This document shows positions 53,782 through 64,000 of a stretch of 64,000 bases of DNA, piece by piece; position 1 is the first letter of the stretch, and the number at the start of each line of letters is the position of its first letter. Location: the NCBI RefSeq assembly GCF_009914755.1, contig NC_060941.1. One strand, 5' to 3'. The notes beneath the pieces are model-generated. The model did not search any database. It had not been told where the DNA came from and saw only the letters and a list, made by a program, of their open reading frames with translations. The DNA is from the human T2T-CHM13v2.0 reference genome, Homo sapiens. Position numbers and translations under genes: made by a program.

Positions 53782-55156
53782 CTAGAAGTAACCATTATAT
53801 CTTGAAATTGGTGTGAATCATTTCGGTGTTTTTGTATGTGTGTGTATACACAGAGATATATACATATGTATGTAAAACAATCTGTATGTTTTATTGTTAC
53901 ACTTTTTCTTATGTAGTCTGATTTCTTAAAGTTCACATTGTATTTCGATATTAATCTATGTTAATATATATGAATTATGTTATTCATTTTAACTACTGTG
54001 GAGTCATAAGTCCACTGTATGAATAAACTGAACAGTTTATTTTTTTTCTGTTAGCAGTTGCAGTGATCATCCTTTTTTTGATTCCTTATGTTCATCTTGA
54101 GAGCTGGTTTAGGGAGATAACTGGAAGAAGAATTAGTAGGTCTTAAATCATCACATGTTTAGCTTTACTAGGAACTGCCAACAGTTGAGTTATCAGACTT
54201 GTTAATTTTTGTCAATCTGACGGATGCAAAATGATGTTTTAAAATTTTCATTTCTCTGAGTGATAAATACAAGTTTGAGCATTTCATGTTACTTGGCTAT
54301 TCAAGTTTCTTGTGAGTTACCTGTTGATACCCTTTGCCTGTTTTTTGAGATTGGGCTGTTTATATCTTTTCTCTTGATTTGGTGGAGTTCTTCATATATT
54401 TTAGGTACTAATCTATGACAGAAGTAGCATTGCAAGTCAGTGAGAAGAAATTGGTTCTTCTAATCTTTGGCTTATTTTATTTTCTGGTGTGTTAGGCATA
54501 TAGAATTAAACATTTTTAATAACAAACTTTTTTTTTAAATAGTGCTTTTTGTGAATTGTCTATCTACTTTATCCCAGTGTCAGAAAGATTATTTTATTCC
54601 AAAATGTTCAATTTTGTTTTACAGGTATTTATTTTTGTATATGATGAAATGGGAAAACTAATTTTGTCTTTTTCCATGCTGAAAGCCAATAAGTCCAGCA
54701 TTGTTCATGGAATAATCTTATGTTACTGATTTGTAATGCTACCTGTGGTAAACCCAGTTCCTCAGCATACTTAGTTCTATTTCTTGTCTCTCTGGTTTAC
54801 TTGTCTGTCTATGTCTAATACCAGACTGTTTTATTTACTATACTTAGTATTATATATAGCTCATAAAGAAAATCCTTCCTGGATATTATTATTTTTAAAA
54901 AAGTTATACTTTTGAATATTGAAAGAGTTTAAAAATCTTTCCGTGATTATGGATATATCTGTTTCACCCCAGAGACCTATTAGTTTCTGTGACTTACCCA
55001 CTCACCACCCATCTCCCTTTTTTGGGGTATTGCAGTTTTCATAGTGATCTGTTAAGAGGTCCTTATATATGAGGTTTTTACCTTTTCTTATGTTACAGAT
55101 ATTTTTTCTAGTTTTTGACTTTCAGTTTTGCTATGCATTTTGATGTACAAGTTTAA

Positions 55157-55450
<294 letters not shown>

Positions 55451-55824
55451 CTCAAGTTTAATTTTTTATAATCTTTTTTTTTCTGCCTTTTCAGTGCTGC
55501 TTAAAATGTGTTTCATTAATCCAAGGTTACATATATATTTGCCTCTGTTTACTAGTATATTCTTTAATTTTTTCTTTAGATTCTTAATCCATTTGGAATT
55601 GCTTCTTACTTCTCTGAGTGTATCTTCTTAGCCTTCTTTTTTGAACAATTAAATATTCTAATTACTCAAAATTTGATTTTAATCTCCCTTCCTTTTGTAT
55701 ACCTGGAGTCATAAACTTGAGTACTTACATGGGCCAGGAGGTAATATCACTGAGTTAAGCAAGCAAGGTGGAAACTGGTGAACCAGAGGAGTACAGGCCT
55801 CAACTGAAAGGAGTGGCTCTAGCT

Positions 55825-56020
55825 CAAGGGCTGGCAAGCTTTTTATGTAAATGGCTAGACAATAAATAATTACCCTTTGTGGGACATGGTGTCTCTGCAG
55901 CCATTCGATCTTCCACAGTAGTATGAAAGCAGCCCTAGAAAATGCATACATGAATGGGTATGTTCCAGTAAAAAATTATTTAGCAAAGTAGGCAGCAGGC
56001 TGTAGTTGCCAATCCCTGCT
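55825..56020. mobile_element. MER58A-like hAT element
   Basis: CAAGGGCTGGCAAGCTTTTT.TGTAAATGGC.AGA..GTTCCAGTAAAA..GTAGTTGCC. Confidence 0.75.
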
Positions 56021-56112
56021 CTAAATGGTGGTTGTTGTTCAGTACGCTTCCAGTTTTTTTCAAGAGAGAAACTCTAAATTTGCATTTATCTGTAATCTGC
56101 CCCCCCCCCGGC

Positions 56113-56486
<374 letters not shown>

Positions 56487-57183
56487 CTAAGGTCTGATTT
56501 GGCCAACTGATCAACTGTTTGCAGCCTCTACTTACTACTTCATTAGTCTCATCATTCCCACAACCAGTTACCTTCTATCAAGATGAGTCCCAAATTGGTA
56601 TTTCCATCTTAGAGCTCTCCTCAGGGCTGTTCTCAACATCTTAACTATTTGATTCCTTTGTTTGCTTATGTCAAAGATACTTCAATACAACATGTTTAAA
56701 ACTGAATGTCTAAAATAAGTCTAAATTTCCCATCTCCCCAACAGCATCCTTTTCCAGTAATTGTTTTAATGGTACTTACTGTCATCAAATTGTACGTGGT
56801 GGAAATCTACGCACAGTCTTTACATCACCCCCTCTCTCCTTTATCCAATTAATCACTGTATTTACCTAATTATATTCTAAGTATTTCTTCACTGTTTATT
56901 TTCCTTTATATATTTTTTGTTTTCCTGGATTACTGTGATAATCTTTGTGATTCCACCTTTGCCCTCATATACTTCATTCTCAACATTGTAGTGAGACTGA
57001 TATTTTCATAATCAAATCTCATCTTGTCATCACTCTGCTTGGAACATTTGAATGGCTTCTCGCTGCCTTCACGGTAACAGACAAAATCCTGGAGGTCTAC
57101 AAAATCTTGTGAAATCTGGCTTTTACTCATTATCCCAACCTCATTTCACAGCTACTCTTCTTCCATCTCTGTGCTCTAGTGTA

Positions 57184-58650
57184 GCAGTTCTGAATGCTTT
57201 GGCATCAGAGGACCTACTGTAACTATAAAAATTGTTAAAGACCCTAAAGATGTTTGATTTATGTAGGTTACATCTACCAATAGTTACTATACTACAAGTT
57301 AAAACAGAAAAATTTTAAGCTATTAGCTAATTCATTTAAAAATAATTGGCCGGGTGTGGTGGTCCACACTTGTAATCCCAGTGCCTTGGGAGGCCAAGGT
57401 GGGTGGGTTGATTGAGCCCAGGAGTTAGAGACCAGCCTGAGCAATAAAGTGAGACCCCATCTCTTAAAAGAAAAATAGAAATAAAAAATTATAAACATGT
57501 CGTGTTAGCACAGTATATTTTTTTGTTAAAAAACATCTATTTTCTTTAACCAAAAAATGTTATTAAGAAGTATGGCATTGTTTTACACTTTTGCCAATCT
57601 CTTTAATGTATGACATTATAGAAGGTAGCTATATTCTTACAACTGCTTCTGAATGCAACTTGATATGACATGTTGTTTTGGTTGCCATGCATGGAGAAAA
57701 TCCAGCATCACACAGATACAAGTTGGAAAAGGAAGGAGTATTTTATAGTCTTTTCAGGTAATTATGGCTATTCTTCTTTGAAACAGCTCCAAAACTGAAC
57801 AAGTGATACTTTCTGAAAGATTAGGTACAATGTAGAATCTGAAACCACATCCATAAATTTTTCATATATTGAAATCTATCAATCTTTTGGACAATATTGG
57901 TTCACTAAGTGCAGATCTTCTTTGTTGACACTTTATATTGTGCAATATTTTTGAATATTATAACTTTTAGTATCACAACTGACCTTATCAGAAAAGCCTT
58001 TAAGTTTTAGGAAGCCATCAAGCTCTCGGTGGTAAATAGAAGTTTTCCAAAACTTGTAATTTCTGCCTGAAAGCTCAAATTTTATAAAAAACTCATTTGT
58101 TGTCCTTGATATGACAGGTTCACTTTGTTCATTTTTGAGAAACTGTCTGCCAGATACCCAAGTTAGATAACATAGTTTGCCATTCAGTCATCCTTTCAGG
58201 TAAAATGGTGGTCTGTGAAACAAGTGGCTGGTTCAGCTCACAACTCAAATGATTGCATGGTATATTTCCTCAAGATGACCATTGTTCTTTGGTATAAACA
58301 GAATTGCTTTACGAATATTTCCTATTTCATTAACCCTGAATATTAAAAAGGCACTTCAAGGATTAAAATTCAATGAAATTAATGTTTATGCTTCCTTAGA
58401 CATTTTTGAATAAAACTGGCTTTTTTTTTTTTTTTAAACCAAGAGTACATGATGGGGAAGAATACAAGGACTACTAGTAAGTTTAGTATCATTGTGTTGA
58501 TTTGTGCGAAGTTGTAAGCAATTTTACCATTACTTTTACAACATCATGGAAAATGTTGAGACAATGAAAAAGGCAAATAACATCTAAATGTTATTTTGGA
58601 AGCAGTTTTGAACTTATAGTTTCCCAGGGATTCATGGACCATACTTGAGG
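57184..58650. mobile_element. hAT-Charlie DNA transposon remnant interrupted by an Alu monomer (57348-57490, +)
   Basis: CAGTTCT..TTTGG..AGGACC..AAAATTGTTAAAGACCCTAAAGA terminus; family by eye. Confidence 0.6.
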
Positions 58651-60296
58651 ATCTTTACCTCTACCTACCTATACAAGCCTTATGTCAATTTATGTTTTAT
58701 TTATTTAACAAGCACTTAATGTAGCACTTATGCTGTGTCAGAGTTTTAAATGCTTCATAGATATTTGCATTAATGCTCATTAAGGTAGCTATTGCTATCA
58801 TTCCTTGCAAGATGGATACTGTTATTGCCCTCTCTTACACATAAGGAAACCGAAGTAAAGAGGTTAAATAACTTATCCAGTATCACACAGCTAGTAAGTG
58901 GCAAAACTGCAATTCAGATTTTGCTCGTGAATGTTAGATTAAATTTTCTCTTCCTCTATATGTATAGTGACTGTTTTTTCCCAGTGACTAGTTCAGAGCC
59001 TAGCACATGGAGGATATTCTATAAATATTTGTTGAAAAAATGGATAGAAGATGAATAGATAGATGAATGAATATAATTTATTTGAGTGTATGAAATGAGT
59101 GACTCATCTAACTTAATTTTCTTCTAATAGTTAATCAGTTGCCATGGCATCATTGGAAAAACAAATCTATGTTTTGTTCACTGACTGAAATACCACCTTC
59201 ATATTATCTTTAATTCTTACATATACTTTATTTCTGTATTTGCTCTTCTATTTTACTCCTGTTTATTTCTTTGAACTACAGTGCTTAAAATATTTTCTCT
59301 ATATAAATTAGCTTTATATTGGATATAAAAATTCTACTATATTTATATTAGATATATTTAGAGAGGTTAAGCTTCCATCTCTGCCCTCTCTCCCATGTTC
59401 TGATGTTTTCCCTATAGGTACAAATTTTTATTGGTTTTCCATTTATCCTTTTTTTATTTTTTTTTAAATGTAAGCAAACAGTATAGGTATTTGTACCCCT
59501 TTTTTTTCTTTATAAAAAAGTAGCAAACTGTGTGTGCTTATTTGTATCTTGCTTTTTCCTTTTAAACTTAATATATCCTGGTGGTCACCTTATAGCAATA
59601 TGTAAAGATCTTTGTTATTTTTTCAGGAGATGGATAGTACTCCATTGTTTGTATCCACTATATGTTCAATCATTTCTGTATAGTAGGATATGTGAAATGT
59701 TATCAGTCTTTTGCTACCTGAATTAGTGCTTCAACAAATAGCCTTATGCATATATCATTTCATATATTTGTCATTATGCCTTTGGGAGATCATAGGAGGT
59801 TTTTGATCAGCAAAATGTTATAAAAGCATTGTTAGGAAGATTAAACTGGCAATGGAATACATATTTGGATGTGAGTAGGATTGGAATAGTGAAAATTTAG
59901 AAGCCATAACTGTACTGTACATTAAGATGGTTATGTGCCTAGAAATTTATTACAATAAGTAGGTATTCTATAAAAAGTTATTTCTTCCCATCCTGATCTG
60001 TGTACTCATTGTCTGCTCATCTGTGGATATATTGCTTCATTGGCATCTCTACTCTTATATTTTTTGTCATCTTTCTCCTCTTCCGACTCTCCTGGATAGG
60101 ATGTACTTATTTTCTCTGCATAGTCTGAGCATTTGTTTCCCTCCATTTGTTTCTCTTTGCAAATCATCTGAAAGAGTCAAATCCACTTGCTCCTTGAAGG
60201 CATGCTTTTCACTTTCATTAACTCTTACCTATTACAGAACTGCCTTTTTGTTGAGCACAGAAAACGAAGGAAATTTGCATTTCCAATGTCTTTCAG

Positions 60297-61528
60297 ACAT
60301 GGAGACTAGACCACAGAGCAAGGATTCAACTTCAGTGCAAGATTTTTCCAAAGCAGAATCATGCAAAGTTGCAATAATAGACAGACTGACACGGAATAGT
60401 GTCTATGACTCTAACTTGGAAGCAGCCCTTGAATGTGAAAATTGGTTAGAGAATCAGCAAGGAAATCAGGAGAGACATTTGAGAGAAATGTTCACTCACA
60501 TGAATTCACTCTCTGAGGAAACAGACCATAAGCATGATGTATACTGGAAAAGCTTCAATCAGAAATCTGTCCTTATCACTGAAGACAGAGTTCCCAAAGG
60601 ATCTTATGCCTTCCATACACTTGAAAAAAGCTTGAAACAAAAATCAAACTTAATGAAAAAGCAGAGAACTTATAAAGAGAAAAAACCTCATAAATGTAAT
60701 GATTGTGGTGAACTCTTCACCTACCATTCAGTGCTTATTCGACACCAGAGAGTCCATACTGGAGAGAAACCCTATACCTGCAATGAATGTGGGAAATCTT
60801 TTAGCCACAGAGCTAATTTAACTAAACACCAGAGAACTCATACTAGAATTCTCTTTGAATGCAGTGAATGCAAGAAAACCTTCACAGAAAGCTCATCCCT
60901 TGCAACACATCAGAGAATTCACGTTGGAGAGAGACCTTATGAATGCAATGAATGTGGGAAAGGTTTTAATCGAAGTACACATCTTGTGCAGCATCAGTTG
61001 ATTCATACTGGAGTGAAGCCTTATGAATGTAATGAATGTGATAAAGCTTTTATTCATTCATCAGCACTCATTAAACATCAAAGAACTCATACTGGAGAGA
61101 AACCTTATAAATGTCAAGAATGTGGGAAAGCCTTTAGCCATTGCTCATCCCTAACTAAGCATCAGAGAGTTCATACTGGAGAAAAGCCATATGAATGCAG
61201 TGAATGTGGAAAAACTTTTAGTCAGAGCACACATCTTGTTCAACATCAGAGAATTCACACTGGAGAGAAACCCTATGAGTGTAATGAATGTGGGAAAACC
61301 TTCAGCCGGAGCTCCAATTTTGCTAAACATCAAAGAATTCATATTGGAAAGAAACCGTACAAATGTAGCGAGTGTGGAAAAGCCTTCATTCATTCATCAG
61401 CTCTTATTCAACATCAGAGAACTCATACCGGAGAGAAACCCTTTAGATGTAATGAGTGTGGGAAAAGCTTTAAGTGCAGTTCATCTCTCATCAGACATCA
61501 AAGAGTTCACACTGAAGAGCAACCCTGA
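60297..61528 (+). CDS. ZNF286A: ZNF286A zinc-finger exon (10 C2H2 fingers)
   Basis: tttcag/AC acceptor; 37+89+115+93+1232 = 1566 nt = 521 aa + stop; TGEKPY linkers. Confidence 0.97.
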
Positions 61529-62104
61529 AAAATTACTGAATGTGAAGAAATGTAAGTTGGTTTTATCACTATATTAAATACTTGAGTGTTTAGGTGGAAG
61601 GCCCATCCATAATATGCATGTGAGGACCAATTCTGTATGCATCTAATTTCATTTGCGTAATACATAGTTTTGAGCCATAAGCAGGTTCTTTATGTCCGTT
61701 AATTTGATAATTATGAAATCTAGCCAGCGATTTCAAAATTTTAATCTCCAACGTCCCAAATAGCTATCTGTGGAAATTCAAGAAGTCCCTGAGAGTAGGT
61801 AGCAGTACGAACATTGTGAAATCCAGTTTTCCCCTCTCTTGTTTATGTCAGAGCTTTGTTGTAAGCCTCTCACTTTGTAAGGAAATTCTTATTGGGTAGG
61901 TTAGGCTGAGGGCTTACATCCTTATCATCAGGAAGACACAATGTTGTTATTTATTACTCCTTGAGATCTAGATACACATATGGTATAATTCATCTAGAGT
62001 GTAATTTCTTTTATATTAGCCTTAAAAACCAAAAATGCTGGGTTCAAAGTCCTTAGAATTCCCTTCCTCCCTCAACAAGCTGCTGTCTATGTTGATGACC
62101 ATAA

Positions 62105-62472
<368 letters not shown>

Positions 62473-62622
62473 ATCATTATTGATTTATGTCATTGTTATC
62501 CCTCTACCGCAGAGACCTTCTTTCACTTTCCATTTCCCTGGGAGTTCACGTGAAGTAGTGAATGGGTCAAAATCTTAACAGTGGTTGTTGATCAAGTCCC
62601 TCCTTTCTTATCCTTGGCACTG

Positions 62623-62628
62623 AATAAA
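62623..62628 (+). terminator. ZNF286A: Candidate poly(A) signal AATAAA (proximal ATTAAA at 61573-61578)
   Basis: Hexamer downstream of the stop codon; usage not verifiable from sequence. Confidence 0.4.
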
Positions 62629-62973
62629 TCTTTGGTTTTCCATAATCAAAGGGTGAGGGAGACTTCTTTTGTCTACATTATTCAGCTTTCTGTAAGCTAT
62701 GCTGTGTCCATTTGAGAAAAAGCCCCAGGGATATTGAAGGTCTGAGAAGTTGGGTGGTTCAGTGTGTTATTATATTTAGGGTCCCAGTAAAGAAGAACTG
62801 AAGCAACTGTGAGACACCAGGGCATACTTCCCTGTATGAGTGGAAAACAAGGCACGGAAAATAGCTCACAGGATAGTCCTCAACTGACTTGCTTGAGGAT
62901 AAGCAGCTTCCCTTCGTGAAGAAGTTGCCATTTCTCTGGCCTTCATATTTATCTACTTTTTGTTATTGTTGTC

Positions 62974-63371
62974 TGTATCGGTTCAATCTCACACTGCTAT
63001 AAAGAAATGCCTGAGACTGGGTAACTTATAAAGAAAAAAGGTTTAATTGGCTCATGGTTCCATGGGCTGTACAGGAAGTATGACTGGGGAGGTCTCAGGG
63101 AGCTTTTACTCATGGCAAAAGGCAAAGCCAGAGCAGGTATCTTCACAGGGCTAGAGCAAGAGGAAAAGAGAGAGGGGAGGTGCTACACACTTTTTATGCA
63201 ACCAAATCTCATGAGAACTCTATCACGAGACAGCAGTAGGGGGACAGTGCTAAATCATTCATGAGAAACTACCTGCGTGGTCCAGTCACCTTGCACCAGG
63301 CCCCACCTCCCACATTGGGGATTACAATTAAACATGAGATTTGGGTGGGGATACAGATCTAAACCATATCA
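62974..63371 (-). mobile_element. MST (MaLR) solo LTR
   Basis: TGTA..CTGCTATAAAGAAAT.CCTGAGACTGGGTAA...AAACCATATCA. Confidence 0.9.
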
Positions 63372-63467
63372 TTACTCAAAAAAAAAAAAAAGAAAGAAAG
63401 AAAAGAAAACACAGGAAAAGGAACTCACCTCTTTTATCATCTTAGTATTTAGTACTAATGGTTTAGA

Positions 63468-64000
63468 GCAGGAATTGACAAACTGTGGCCTGGACTCATG
63501 GACCAACTCTGGCCCACCACCTGTTTCTCAGAAGAAAATTTTATTGGAACTCAGCCACACTTACTCATTTACATGTTGTCCTTGACTGCCTTTGTGTCCA
63601 GTGTCAGAACTGAGTAGCTGCAGCGGAGGTTGTGCCTCTGGGCTTTAATATCACAAACAGAGCAGCTTATAAGCAACAGAAACTTACTTCTCACAGTTTT
63701 GGAGGCTGGGAAGTCCAAGATCAAGGTGTCAACATATTTAGGGTCTAGGGAAGGTCTGCTTCTTGGTTAATAGAAAGCACCTTTCACTGTGTCTTCACAT
63801 GGTAGAAGGGGAGAGCTCTGGTATCTTCAGCCCCTTATAAGGGCACTAATCCCATTCATGAGAGCTCCACCCTCACGACCTAATCACCTCCAAAAGGCCC
63901 CATTTCGTAATACCGTCAGTTAAGTTTCATTATATGACTTTGATGGGGATATAGCCCATAGTAGGTTGTATGTCCCTGAAAGCCTAAAATATTTACCGTT
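63468..64000. mobile_element. MER58-like element interrupted by an MLT1A/B LTR (~63640-63950)
   Basis: TTTATTGGAAC.CAGCCACAC; CTCACAGTT.TGGAGGCTGGGAAGTCCAAGATCAAGGTG. Confidence 0.75.

Noticed and set aside
60023-61528. 501-aa single-exon gene as called by the ORF track
   Set aside because: Starts at an intronic GTG; the real CDS is spliced in at 60297.
61151-61577. Alternative-frame and antisense ORFs over the zinc fingers (also 19823-20111)
   Set aside because: Typical off-frame translations of C2H2 arrays and microsatellite.

Overview
Primate (almost certainly human) Alu/L1-rich genomic DNA. I recognise it as the 17p12/p11.2 TRIM16-ZNF286A interval. Right half (+ strand): a complete KRAB-C2H2 gene, ZNF286A. 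It has a CpG promoter at ~43.7-44.3 kb and five coding exons that I spliced by hand to 1566 nt = 521 aa with 10 zinc fingers. One intron carries an antisense processed UBE2S retrocopy with TSDs, a poly(A) tail and an uninterrupted 222-codon ORF. Left half (- strand): a second CpG promoter at ~28.5 kb, which from known gene order is the TRIM16 promoter; TRIM16 coding exons lie outside the window to the left. Main discovery: the minus-strand exons downstream of this promoter are a recognisable dead KRAB-ZNF gene that mirrors ZNF286A exon for exon. It has an ATG exon in phase 1, an 89-nt pre-KRAB exon, a KRAB-A exon with a 1-nt frameshift, a KRAB-B exon with a nonsense codon, and a zinc-finger exon destroyed by inversion plus deletion. 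TRIM16 therefore appears to have captured the promoter and 5' exons of a dead head-to-head ZNF286 paralogue as a uORF-laden 5' leader. Repeat subfamily calls are by eye and approximate.
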